From assembly GCA_009859145.1 (NCBI GenBank), contig VRVR01000017.1, positions 321,107 through 385,106 of the forward strand: a stretch of DNA of 64,000 nucleotides. The letters run 5' to 3'. The notes under the pieces were generated by a model, which saw only the letters and a program-made list of their open reading frames with translations, searched no databases and was not told the DNA's origin. Origin of the DNA: Andalucia godoyi And28 (taxonomy: Eukaryota; Protista; Jakobida). This document shows positions 51,204 through 62,681 of this stretch, piece after piece. Positions within the stretch are counted from its first letter, which is position 1, and every line of letters starts with the position of its first letter. The position numbers and the translations under genes are program-made.

Positions 51204-53567
51204 ATGGATTGTGAAGTATCTGCTTGGAGAGCACGCCCGGATGGATCGGGTGTTTTGCCGGAGTACCGCATTCCTCTGCAATCGATATGCGTTCATCCTC
51301 GTTGGATGGCTCACAGCAGCGTCTTGTCTCGCATGCAGCAGCTGGCGGCGATCACGAAGCAACATCCGCTGACAGTTTCAATTGAGCAGGTTGTTACGGA
51401 GATGATTCAAAAGACATTTAGTGTTGCAACGGATGCCGGCGCTCGAGCGCTACGCAGTAGCGTCGATGAGTGCGAGACTGGGACCTGCCATTTGTTTGCA
51501 GACGCTATGACATACTGCTGCTCGCTTACTTGGGAGCATTCGTACCTTCATGCAGCTCTTAGAGAGCTAGTGGAGACGGAGGATGAGACAGGACTACGGC
51601 TCATTTTGGGATTGATGGTGCGCTCCGCCCGCGAATGCAATGCTCGAAAACGAGATACATTCAACATGATCATCAAGCGACTGTCCATGCCTCGCGGAGC
51701 TCCAAGTTCCTCGGAGCTCTGCACAGATAGGGGTGTCCTTGGAGGAGCAATGAAAGATGCTTCAGAACGTGCAGTCTTGGCGGCACTTCGACTCTTGAAC
51801 CGAACGGTTCTGTGCATAGAAGACTGGAAGGACCGGTCGTTTTCTTCATGTTTCCTGCAGCCATCACTCTTCACTTTCGATCAATGGGGCGATCATCAAG
51901 CCGCGTTGGACGCAGACGTTCATGGAGGCAGTGTGTACTTGGCATTGCTGCTGGCAACCACTGGAATTCGAACCAGTAGGCTTCCCGATGTGAGTGATCG
52001 CGTGAAAGGGGTTGTTGATTTTCGCCAAGTGACAACGGCGGGCTTTGAGAATGCGGTGCAGGCAATATGCAGTCCAGAGAACATTGGAAAGAGCTTTCGA
52101 GGAATTCCTGTATGCCGTTGCGTAAGCAAGCCGCCGATTTCCAGACCTCTCCAGACGACATCGTTCATTTGGTCTGCCATCGATACTCTGGAACTGGCCG
52201 AAAAAGCAATCAATCCGAGAGAGGGGAATGCAGAGAGGAGAACACGATTTGCCGCGTACTTGAAATCGTACTGTGATTTATTTTCGTCCGATGTTTTACT
52301 GAAGCGGTTGTTCCAAGTGGTCTCTGGATCCGTAGACTCGTCAAATGCTTCTTCTGAAGGGCTTTTGGCGGACTGCCAGCTGGTTGCCGAATTTCTATGG
52401 CCACTTGAGCTGGTGGATGGCGTGGACGTTCGACAGTGGGTATGGGACCTGGATGGCAAAACAGCGACGTTCCGCGCAGATCGAGCGCGATTGCTGCTTG
52501 CTGCGATTGGGATCATCAAGGACGACAACTGGATTGCGAGCCCAATGGACTCGGCGCTCGCTGTAGGCCACCAACATTTCGTTCTTGATGACGGGGTGCT
52601 CGATCCCTGGCAATCAAGACCAGTGATTCCAAAGGAGCATATATCCTTGGATGCTGCCGGGGATATTCGGGGAGGGGGAACGGGCAGGGAGTTTCTGGAA
52701 AACCTGCTTTCGGACGGACAGCAGCCATGGAACAAATGGGTGCATCCCGGATACGTCAGACGTTCGTGGATTCTGGCCAAGTTTGATTCTCCTTACAAAG
52801 TCGCCGAATACGGACTTTGCTCTGCGAATGATGCACCAAATCGAGATCCGCAGTCGTGGACTCTGTGGGGCTTGGCTCCCTATGCATCGGAATGGACAGT
52901 GCTTCATGAAGTGCCCCACTTCTGGTTTTCAAGGAGATGGGAATGGACACGGTGCACGATCGCTCATCCAATGGTTGTCGTTGCCCTGCGCTTGGAAATC
53001 ACCAGCGTCCGTGAACCTAGAGACTGCTTGCAAATCGGGCATGTGCGATTCGCCCATCATCCGATTGACCGCTCCACAGATCACGCAATGCTACGACTTT
53101 TAATTCAACGAATTGATGCGAAGTTGATCGACGTTTCTGTCCAGGGTCACTTGGCAGCAGCAGGCTCCGTGACAGGAAATGAACTGCTGGAGAGTTTGGA
53201 AACGCTTGGGTTCCATTCTTGGAACAAATGGCTCCAGTTTGGTTCAACTATTGCACCTTCGTGGATGGTTGCCGAAATGGTCGTTCCACAAACAGTGACA
53301 GGATTTGCTGTTTGTAGCGCCAGCAGTCGTCAGGATCGGGACCCTTTCTCATGCGACGTTCTCGCTATGCCGCTGGATCCGGCATCCAGCTGGACTGAGA
53401 TCGAAACTTCCCTTTTATTCGATTTCCACTCGAGGTCTCAATGGAAAGTGTTCACATTTGCGAGCCCCGTGCAGGCACGCTCGATCAAGGTGACTTTTCA
53501 CAGCGCATCGCACAGTGCGGACTGCATCCAAGTTTCACAATGGCATTTGTTCGGCCATTCTTGTTGA
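51204..53567 (+). CDS. Protein with two C-terminal galactose-binding-like (F5/8 type C-like) domains and an unknown N-terminal domain
   Basis: Two repeats of WNKW...YGLCSANDAPNRDPQSWTLWG / FAVCSASSRQDRDP...F..R..W...LQI/IQV. Confidence 0.75.
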   Translation: MDCEVSAWRARPDGSGVLPEYRIPLQSICVHPRWMAHSSVLSRMQQLAAITKQHPLTVSIEQVVTEMIQKTFSVATDAGARALRSSVDECETGTCHLFADAMTYCCSLTWEHSYLHAALRELVETEDETGLRLILGLMVRSARECNARKRDTFNMIIKRLSMPRGAPSSSELCTDRGVLGGAMKDASERAVLAALRLLNRTVLCIEDWKDRSFSSCFLQPSLFTFDQWGDHQAALDADVHGGSVYLALLLATTGIRTSRLPDVSDRVKGVVDFRQVTTAGFENAVQAICSPENIGKSFRGIPVCRCVSKPPISRPLQTTSFIWSAIDTLELAEKAINPREGNAERRTRFAAYLKSYCDLFSSDVLLKRLFQVVSGSVDSSNASSEGLLADCQLVAEFLWPLELVDGVDVRQWVWDLDGKTATFRADRARLLLAAIGIIKDDNWIASPMDSALAVGHQHFVLDDGVLDPWQSRPVIPKEHISLDAAGDIRGGGTGREFLENLLSDGQQPWNKWVHPGYVRRSWILAKFDSPYKVAEYGLCSANDAPNRDPQSWTLWGLAPYASEWTVLHEVPHFWFSRRWEWTRCTIAHPMVVVALRLEITSVREPRDCLQIGHVRFAHHPIDRSTDHAMLRLLIQRIDAKLIDVSVQGHLAAAGSVTGNELLESLETLGFHSWNKWLQFGSTIAPSWMVAEMVVPQTVTGFAVCSASSRQDRDPFSCDVLAMPLDPASSWTEIETSLLFDFHSRSQWKVFTFASPVQARSIKVTFHSASHSADCIQVSQWHLFGHSC

Positions 53568-54111
53568 TGATGCCTGCCACGATTTCCCCTGTTTTTCCAA
53601 TGTTATTATAAATTTATATTTAATTTATCTTTTGAGGACTGGGATGATGCAATTATTATATAAAAAGTCACCCGCAGTCGCAGCGTTGCTTCCCTGTCTC
53701 AACTCTGTAGTTGCGGAGCCCCTGATCAAATTGCTTCACCCCCGGGCACTTCTCACTTGGCCGATTCGTTTTCCCTCGCCGTTTTCGTGCTTTGCAGTGT
53801 TTTGCTTCCCTCCTCCTTCTCTTTCCGTGATCCTTGCCCCGAAACCGCCCCCCCGCAATCAAGACGGAAAGTAACATCTTGGCTACAGTTTTTTTTTTTT
53901 TTTGTTGTTGTTAGGTAATAGCAATCTGTGCTCCTTCGACGTAGTTCCACCTATTGTGCAGTGCTATCATAGTCATCAATCTTTTATTGTTATTGTTATT
54001 GTTATTGTTATTGTTATAATAATAATTATTGTTATTGTTATTTCCACCACCACGACCACCAACCCGCTTCGCAACGCCCTTGACGATTTTGATTGTATAG
54101 TGCACTCGGTT

Positions 54112-55803
54112 ATGTTTTCGCAGACTCGCTCGACGACTTCGTCCGTACCAGCTCCAAGTGCTGGTGTTTCTGACATGGTTTCATTGCTGCCGACCGCCTC
54201 GACTTCTTCTGCATTTTCCGTTTCTGCTCCCGTTGTTCCTACTGCGTCGATCGGAAATGACCAAACCAACTCATTGAAGAGAATGTTTTCTCGTTGTGGC
54301 TCGACTGCGTCTGTTTCCAACAATGCCGTGAATCCGTTTGGGCCGTCCGTGTCGTTTGGACCCACCATGTCGTTTGGACCCACTGCCTCGATCGACCAGG
54401 ATGGGTGGATGATATTTTCGCAAACACATTCTTCTTCCGCGGCATCGGCGTCGGCTTCGGCATCGGCATCGGTTCCTGTACCTCTTGCTTCTGTTCCGTC
54501 TGAAGACAGTCACGTCCTTGGAGGGTTCCACGCGTCGCAGACTGGCGCAAGTCTCATCAAATTTGGCCGAACGGATTCGTCTTCATCGGTTTCTGCAAAA
54601 CATCCATTCTCGACTGACGCGATGTTTTCGGAAGGAATGCTTATGCGAACCGATTCCAATTCCATGACCGGAGGACTGCCAGTTCCAGTGCCAATGTGCC
54701 AGACGCTGTCAACGTGTTCTCTGGATGTACCGTCGGCAGAATCGAGCCACAACGAGCTGAACGAGTACAGCACTGGCAAGTATGCGCCGAGCGCAAGCGC
54801 AAGACCGTCTGCGTTCTCCTCGGCTGCTCCGCATGCCATGTATAATCTTGCCTCTAATTCCGCTTCTGTTGCAGGTGCCCTGCCCAGCGCAGCATCGAAC
54901 TTAACCACTGGCCTGAACTCGTCTTCGAGCATGACCACCGGGTCGTCCGTACATCATGCCCTTTTGCAGAAGGATTCTGTGCTGCCGGCGGCAATTGGGC
55001 TTGCCTCTGCACCGGTCCGCGTCGTTTCTGGGTTTATGGACTCGCTCTTCCAAAAGACCAGCTGGTCGTTTTCTGACTCGTCGTTGTCACATCAGTCCTT
55101 GTCATTTTCGCTGAAGACCAAACGAGAAGATTCCTGGCACTTTGATATTCCGCAGCGGCTGTTTTGGACTTCGCACTACGTGCTCCGAGTCGTTTGCAGA
55201 TCGGAAAAGTTCGCGCATGTGTCGCCGTCTGTTTCCATCGAGCTTGTGCATGCGGATTCGTTCACCCCCATCCATGCACGTACTGCCGGGACTTCTGCCA
55301 TTACGGGGGACGTTCAGAATGCCGTACTGGAGTCTGCGCAAAACAACCAAGTTTTCATGAATGAGCTGTCTATTCACTTTCATACACACTCTTTTCAGCA
55401 GGGCAATGCCCCGTTCCGCTTTCGTGTCGTTTTCTCGAATGGAATGGAGGCCTTCTCTCCACCATTCCGCGTGCTGGCAAGGCGTCCTGCTTCGGATGGG
55501 CAAAACCGGGTTTACAACAGTGCAAGTGTGTTGAATGGTTCCGTTTCCGGGAACAACTCTGACGACGGCTCCGACGATGACCAGACTGTCAGCGAGCCTA
55601 TGCGCAAGTTATCGCGAAAGTCCGGTGCGTCGACAGAAGACCTTGAGCGGCGTTGTCGAATTGAGAAGTTTTTTTCAAATCCGAACCAACTGACGCAGCT
55701 GGAGAGGGCAGAGGTTGTGACCAGTTTTTTGGAGGCGTTTGCTTCGCTTCCGGCAGCGGAGCGTGCCAAGGTTGCCCATCGATTTACGCGAAATGAAATG
55801 TAA
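54112..55803 (+). CDS. Ser-rich protein with a putative Ig-fold (CudA/CBP60/p53-like) DNA-binding domain
   Basis: Long low-complexity N-terminus, then a beta-rich domain ending IHFHTHSF..PFRFRV..AFSPPFRVLARRP. Confidence 0.55.
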   Translation: MFSQTRSTTSSVPAPSAGVSDMVSLLPTASTSSAFSVSAPVVPTASIGNDQTNSLKRMFSRCGSTASVSNNAVNPFGPSVSFGPTMSFGPTASIDQDGWMIFSQTHSSSAASASASASASVPVPLASVPSEDSHVLGGFHASQTGASLIKFGRTDSSSSVSAKHPFSTDAMFSEGMLMRTDSNSMTGGLPVPVPMCQTLSTCSLDVPSAESSHNELNEYSTGKYAPSASARPSAFSSAAPHAMYNLASNSASVAGALPSAASNLTTGLNSSSSMTTGSSVHHALLQKDSVLPAAIGLASAPVRVVSGFMDSLFQKTSWSFSDSSLSHQSLSFSLKTKREDSWHFDIPQRLFWTSHYVLRVVCRSEKFAHVSPSVSIELVHADSFTPIHARTAGTSAITGDVQNAVLESAQNNQVFMNELSIHFHTHSFQQGNAPFRFRVVFSNGMEAFSPPFRVLARRPASDGQNRVYNSASVLNGSVSGNNSDDGSDDDQTVSEPMRKLSRKSGASTEDLERRCRIEKFFSNPNQLTQLERAEVVTSFLEAFASLPAAERAKVAHRFTRNEM

Positions 55804-55824
55804 AGGTAGCTCTCGAATTGTAAA

Positions 55825-55875
55825 TACAAATAATCATAATCATAATCATAATCATAATCATAATCATAATCATAG
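55825..55875. repeat. (ATCATA)n hexamer repeat
   Basis: Direct reading. Confidence 0.95.
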
Positions 55876-55911
55876 CTGTTGGTATTATTATTAATGTTTT
55901 CCCCTTCCTTC

Positions 55912-56511
55912 TTATCCGACGGTTTGCAATGCATCGACCTCGTGATCAGAGTATGTCAGTTGCGAATTCACAAATCGCCAGTACCGTAGAGAATTGCTTC
56001 GCTCTCGCCGATGAACATACGGAATGGCAATGCACACAAGGCGCTCGCCTTGCACAATGTCGCGAAGAGACTTCGTCAAGCAAATGACGACACACATTTC
56101 CCAGCCCTTTCGATTTGCAATCGCTTGTGCTGGGGAAATAAGAAGTTGAACAACTTTGTCAAAGTCGTATCCCGACGACACTTCCACCCGATTAAAGCAG
56201 TCGCCATCGGAACGTCGGACGAGACCACAGTTCTTCAGTGGAAGATGAAGGGCGTGGACGTTCTGTGTTTTCAGTCGCTCAACTTCCTCTCTGACAAGAC
56301 GCTCCAAAGCAGCTTTCAATTCCGTGTCGGGTGCATCTTCAGGATTATCATCCAGTGGAACTGATCATCATCCATTTTTCGTAGAGTGGAAAAAGAAAAC
56401 CCACAAAAATTTCCGGGTAAGTGAATCGCAGTGCACAGAAACCGTTAAACAATGAAAAAAAGGAAACATACTTCTTGATACCACTTCGTCAAGCGCCGCG
56501 TCGTTTCGCAT
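55912..56511 (-). CDS. Hypothetical 162-aa spliced protein (exons 56511-56472 and 56360-55912)
   Basis: A GTATGT...GATCAG intron of 111 nt joins MRNDAALDEVVSR-I-PLDDNPEDAPDTELKAALER in frame. Confidence 0.65.
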
Positions 56512-56814
56512 CGTATGGAGGCGATTGCAGAATGAGCAGCGATGCACCAAAAAAAAAAGAAAAAAAAAGAGATGCTTTGAAGAATTTCAAAACGTTCCCA
56601 AATATCGCGGTCGCTCATCAGGAGGTGAATTGCCCGACAACCAATAAATAGAATAAAATAAAAAGAAACCTCTCCATCATTCCAAACAAGAAAAGGGGAG
56701 CATGAATAAATAAAAGCACTTCTGTGCTTTGCTTGTTGTCAGAGGATCGGAAATGCAATAAGTTTTTTCTTTTACTATGGCAGACATTCCAGGACATGAA
56801 GACGTGCGTAAAAA

Positions 56815-59800
56815 TCAGCGAATGCGAAGCCGGACAGGAGGGATATCGACATCCTCATCAGTGTCCTTGTCGGCAACCATTGCTTCAACCACAAGATACA
56901 CCTGACCATCCGCGATTTTCTTTTTGGAAACAGTCTCGTACACCACGCTCATCGGCATGTTCATCCTTTCTTGGTTCTTCGCTTGGTTGCCAAAGGAAGA
57001 ATACAAGATGGCCTGTCCAGAAGCAATCATAGAAACCACAAGATGAAGTTCTTGCTCGAAATAGTCGATCAAGTTGCGAAGAGTCAAATCCCCTCGCTGA
57101 ACTTCGATATGGCTCCACAATGAGAATTCAAGATCCTTCCACTTCTGCGTTGCGGCCTTGATTGGCTCCGACATGGTGCAGAACGGGAGTGCCAAGTTGA
57201 CAAACGCATTTCGATACGATTCGATGTCCTTTCGACCTTGTGCGATCTAATCAATATGCAGGAAAAGAGAGAGAGAGAGAGAGAAAGAGAGAGGGAGAGA
57301 GGGGAAGAAGAAGAAGACCAAAAAAACACACAAAACATTAGTCAACAGCTCCAGAACGACGTCAAAGACAAAGTCGAAAGCGGTATGCCGGGTGAAGGAG
57401 TCGGGGGACCGGGCTAAATGAAAAAGAATGTTGGATGTATGGTAGAACAAAGATGGAACTGCTTGCTCATCTGCCTCTGTTGAGAACACTTCCGTACTGT
57501 TGTAGCACAACAAGGGAGCTGGCAAACAATTGTGGAATCAGCAGCTCGCCATGCAACCATGTGCAAAGAAAGAGAGACCCGAGGCAAACAAACAAGCAAC
57601 AGGCAAACAGAAGAAGAAAAAAAGGAAAAGAATAAAGAACACAAAATGGCGCAAAGAACGAAAAGAGAGGAACACATACCTTAATAAGCTCGATCATGAC
57701 AATGCCAGTGATAAGAGCCGTCGTGGTAACCATAGCAGGAATAATCTTGCCAGCGATCATCTTGGTTCGGTGACGGTCCGCTTCCGTAATGGCATACGAA
57801 CGAGCACGCAAGTTTGACGCAGCGGTAACAAACGCAACATGGAAATTCGAATCATCATCCTTCTCAAATTCAATAACTTCAAATGGTGAATGAGACGCCG
57901 TTGCCGTTTCCGCCAACAGCTGTCGTTCTATTTGCGCAATTTCCGCCTCCTCATCAGAGCCGCCAGGAACTGTTGCTGAGGCAGCTTCGTTGCTCTGTGG
58001 CTGTGACTGCAGCTCCGCATCCGACGCCGCGATCCGAACGTTCGTCTTCGGAGCCCATTGTGTCACAGGAACGCTGGATGCCAGATCCCGAACGCGTTGA
58101 TCATCTGTGACGCGATCTGCAATTCCACACATCTGCGCGCAAAGATTCGTCGCAGACACAATGAAGTCGACATGGAGGGGATCGGCAGTACTAAAGGACA
58201 CGGGCGTCGGCGGGCGCTTCAAGCCCGACCAGAATGGCGCTCCGGTGGACGTAATCTGATCAATTGGAAAGTTAAACAACAGCTGTTTCATGTCGTTTGC
58301 AAACAGCCGCTCAAATTCATTTCGCGCCCAAGCAACACAGTCCGCGATGGTCTTTGGTCGCTCGCGAATTACTTGCAGCACCGATTCCAGGGTGGGCTTT
58401 CGGACAGATGGATTCTGCCTCAGCGTATCAAGAAAAGCGTCACGCGATGCTGCATCGAGGAACGAATTCGCATCACGGCTTCGAGACACCCACAGTCCTT
58501 CAAACAAATCTCTCGCCCACTGAATCGTATGCTCGATTGCATACGGAAAATTCTTCAGCGTGCAGATGGGGATGGACTTCTCTGGAGGATCTCTGGACGA
58601 CCCATAGGACTCCGTCAAACGAGGAACAACGACCTGGGCGTTGGCCTTCGTTCCAAGCGTCCCGGACTCCAAAAGAGACTTTCCATAGTACACGCACCGG
58701 CTATCCACATACAGTCTTGCCTGCACGTTGTCCAGTGCATTACAAACACCGTCGAGCCCAGTCCAGAACAAGTCGGTAAAGACATGCTCTGTATCTGGAG
58801 CTACCTTGTCTTGCAAAGCGGTCACATGCATTGCAGGGTTCATGTGCCGAGCTGCTTCCGCTGCCACCACGGATTTCGATTTTCCAACATGCTGCCGCCG
58901 GAACAAAAACTGGCGAGAAAGATTCGACATTTCGATAGTATCCATGTCCGTGACGATGACAGATCCAATGCCCATCATGGCAAAATTCTTCAAAAACTCG
59001 CACCCGAGAGCACCCGCACCAACTATGAAATATTTGAGTTTTGCCAACTTCTCCTGGAAGGCAGCACCGAACACTGCAATCTGGCCGTCGTATCGGCAGC
59101 CACGAGGGGCAGCGTCTGCTGCAGTCACAATCGGATCGAAAGCCTCGAATGCGTCGAAATAGATCCACTGACGAAGAGGTCCGAACTTTCCAGATACCGC
59201 CTTGAGCACTTCCTGGGCAGTGAATCCACCGATAAAGGCAGCGAGCGCATTGAGCGCGCCAGCTGCAGTTCTCGCAAACTTTTCCAGCAAAACAACATCC
59301 AACGACTCCACAACATGCAGTTCTGCATTCACACGTTTTGCAATTTCGATGAAATCCTGAGTATGCGACAGAGTGTGCGGAGCTGGGAGGCTTCCGCCAT
59401 GGACATTCTTGTACTCGGCAAGCGCTAGGTAGGCGACGTGAAGATGCCGAGGGGCCTCCATCTTTGAAAAATCGCAGATCAGGGTTTCCGGATTCTTCGC
59501 AGACTCGGAGAACGGAAGAAAGTGCATTACAGACGGCTGCTTGACTTGAATCACTTGTCCTCCTCTCACAAACTGACTGAATCCCCGGGAATCCACAGGG
59601 ATGGTCATCGAGAACGGGCCTGTAACTTTTACAGGAACGGGCTCCATTGAGTTCAGCTCCTCGACACCCGTAAGTCCCTCAAACCGAACTGTGTCGCCCG
59701 ATTCAAGGACAATCCTCGTATCCTCGTGGACCGTCACCAGCGTGCACCATGTCCCGTCCGCATTTTCTTGCGGATCGACAGACGTCACCACCGCAGAAAA

Positions 59801-60376
59801 CGGCTCCTCTCCGTCTTTATCCAAGCATACAAAATTAGCCCCAAAATCGCAGAATGCTGCAGCGGTCAGCCCGCGAGACTCTACAAGAACGAACTTGATA
59901 TTCAGCTCTCGACAGGCAGCATTAATCTGCGAGATGCGATGAAACGAAAAACCACAAGGAGGATCCACAAGGGCGAGGACAGATACATGCGAGCCAACCG
60001 ACGACAGGGCTTGAACAATGTTCGGAGCGTCCACCAGGTGAACATCTGACGAATTCGACTGCCAAGCAGAAACACGAACGTACGGGTTGAGTTCGGAGAT
60101 GAAGGGCAGCACCACAGCTGCGCGCGGACGACCGGCCGTCACATCACTCTCATTCAAAAAGAAGTTTGACGCCAAGTCGTCAAAGCGAGCAGGAGTCGGG
60201 TCATGCAGAGTGAGTGCCCCAACACCAGCCAAAGCAAGATTCTTCGCTAACTCGACGCCAGCACCGGACAGGCCCACAAGGAGGACATGCGCAGAACTCA
60301 TGCGATTCATCGCTTCGTGCCCCAAGACATAGAGCTGTCGGGAATACAACGACTCGTCAATCATGGGAGTTGCCAT
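56815..60376 (-). CDS. UBA1: Ubiquitin-activating enzyme E1 (exons 60376-57680 and 57246-56815)
   Basis: [36 protein letters not shown] catalytic Cys, [12 protein letters not shown]. Splicing joins IELIK to [21 protein letters not shown] and the UFD domain. Confidence 0.97.
57247..57679 (-). other. Spliceosomal intron in UBA1 (433 nt, GTATGT...TGATTAG)
   Basis: Phase-0 removal restores the E1 C-terminus. Confidence 0.92.
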
Positions 60377-61090
60377 GTTACGAAACAGAAAGAGGCGTCT
60401 TGTGACGAGAAGAAAGGAGGAGGGATAAACCAGAACAAACAAGGAACGCAGAGAGACGAAAAAAATTGTCTTCCCAGCGCCCCTCCCCCCTCAGTGCGAC
60501 CAAATTGAAACGAAATTCAAGTCACTCCCAGACCTCACTTGACCTGAGCAACGAGCACTGTCTGTTGGGTTCAATTGATGGCGGCGGACACGCACCGTCG
60601 TTATTTCCCGCTCTCGAAAATCCCGCCCAAAAAAAAGCGCATTTCCCAGCTTCATCCAAGTCTTTTCCTGCGTCTTCCAGGTGCGTTGCCGTTTTTTCTC
60701 CTCCACCCCCATCTTTCTTTTATTTGTTCCTTTCCCTTTTGCTATTTTTTAAATTTTATTTCAGCGTTTGTTTACTGTTCCTCGTTCCTGATTATTCTCG
60801 CTGTCTCCGGCAGGCGGTTCTCTGCTGTTGTTTTCCTATTTCCTTTCAACATTCGTTATTTCTTCTTTTCATCGCTATCCCGTTGCGCCTCCTATCCCGC
60901 TGAATTTTGTTTTTGTTTTTGTTTGTATTTTTATTTTATATTTTTCGATTACCCTTTTTTTGGTCTGAACACACCTTTTTTTAAAAAAGATTTACCGGTA
61001 TTTGTTCCTCGATTTCCAGAAATTCACGGGCGAAAGCTCAAAAATTTCTTTGCCTTTCAAAACCAACCAAGTGGCGAGGAAACAAAGGAA

Positions 61091-62287
61091 ATGGTTGCAC
61101 AATCTCTTTGGATTGGATCTCTCAATCGCAATATCCCTCCCATCCAGCTCAAACGAGGTCTTCTGAAAGTTCTGGAAGTTGTCTTCTGCGACATCGACGT
61201 GTACGTTCCATTGCCCGATCACGGACCTGGATCCAACTGTGCTCCAAATGCTCTCAATCGCGGATACGCCTTCATTGAGTTTTCTACTGTGGATGAGGCC
61301 GAACGGTTCAAAAGACTGCAGCACCAAATCCGCTTTCCAGCGGAGTGCCTTCAGCGAGGGGTCAAAACATTTACTGTCGGAGACTCCAATCGACACCAGG
61401 AGTCCAACAACATGTCAACATATCAGGCTATGGCCGCTCAGCAGCAAACGTTGCACGCCCAGGCACAAGCCCAGTTGGTGTCCATGATGCACCAGTCTGC
61501 TGGCGGAACGTGCACGTATCCTGTCGCCGTGGGAACGCAGTCGCCGTCTTCGCAACCAGCTGCGACGTCCCCTATCCGCAAGCTTTCTGGGCTCAGCACT
61601 TCCGTGCAACCTACCGTTCCGTATGAGCAGCAGCAACAGTCGCATCAACATATGCAAGGACCTCGACAGATGTTTTTCGGCCCGGCAGCAACCATGCACT
61701 ATCCCCCCCACCAACCGCATGCCATGCAACAGGCTATGGGAATGCCAGTGGGATTGGTGATGCCCGGGCCCCAAATTTCCGAGGAAATGCCGTCTCCCAT
61801 TCCTGCTCATCGGATGTCACGATACATGTCGATGTCTCCCGACCATGATTCATCTTTTGACGGTTCCTTGATGTCCTCGCAGTCCACGTCCACGTCCACG
61901 TTTGTGGATGAGGGATCTGTTCTCGACATGAGCTTAAGCGACGAAGGCGAGGATGTGTTCTCTACAAAGTCCCCCTCAGCCGCACTCGATTTTGCGTCGT
62001 TTTCCGACTCGCTTCCCTTGGATGCAACGCCATCCGCCCCAAATACAGCCCCCTTTTCTGCAGGACAACACCACTGTTTGCCACCAACCACGTATGACCA
62101 AATGCCCTCCATAATGGAGAAGCTGCAGTCGTCCTTGAACATGTTGTCGTCTCTCCATGCTGGCCTGGAGAATGTCGGAGCGGATATCCAAAATCGCGCG
62201 GCTTGTTCTCAAGCCATCCAACTCGTGCATTCCATCAGCACAAGTCTCCACAAGGAAAAGCGTATGACGGTCGATTGGCGGTTCTGA
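61091..62287 (+). CDS. RRM RNA-binding protein with a Q/S-rich tail
   Basis: LWIGSL (RNP2) and RGYAFIEF (RNP1). Confidence 0.85.
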   Translation: MVAQSLWIGSLNRNIPPIQLKRGLLKVLEVVFCDIDVYVPLPDHGPGSNCAPNALNRGYAFIEFSTVDEAERFKRLQHQIRFPAECLQRGVKTFTVGDSNRHQESNNMSTYQAMAAQQQTLHAQAQAQLVSMMHQSAGGTCTYPVAVGTQSPSSQPAATSPIRKLSGLSTSVQPTVPYEQQQQSHQHMQGPRQMFFGPAATMHYPPHQPHAMQQAMGMPVGLVMPGPQISEEMPSPIPAHRMSRYMSMSPDHDSSFDGSLMSSQSTSTSTFVDEGSVLDMSLSDEGEDVFSTKSPSAALDFASFSDSLPLDATPSAPNTAPFSAGQHHCLPPTTYDQMPSIMEKLQSSLNMLSSLHAGLENVGADIQNRAACSQAIQLVHSISTSLHKEKRMTVDWRF

Positions 62288-62681
62288 GGGATCATAGATC
62301 AGTCTGTGTGCGATTTGCTATGCACCCCCTTGTTTTTGTACATAATGATAAATGTGTTGCTTTGAATGAAACAACTGGCTGCTCGCTCGGCAAAAGGATG
62401 ACCATCCCACAACATCAATTTCACCTGCTTGGAGGCTCTTTTTATTACTATTTTAAACTAAAATTAAATTGTTCCGCTGGTCTGTGTCAGGCTGACACTG
62501 ACACTCCTGACTCCTCGCTAAAAGACAGAGCGACGGACTTTTTCCACGACTGCCGGAACTCTCTTTTTTTCAAACATTTTCGTTTGAGCAGTGTCTTTTT
62601 TCCCTCCTCTTTCTTTTTTGGTTTTGGTTTTTGTTATTGTTTTGGACTGCAGAATTCTTTCATAGAGGCCGCGCATCGAAC

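Noticed and set aside
58058-59428. 456-aa plus-strand ORF
   Set aside because: It is antisense to UBA1 and has no independent motifs.
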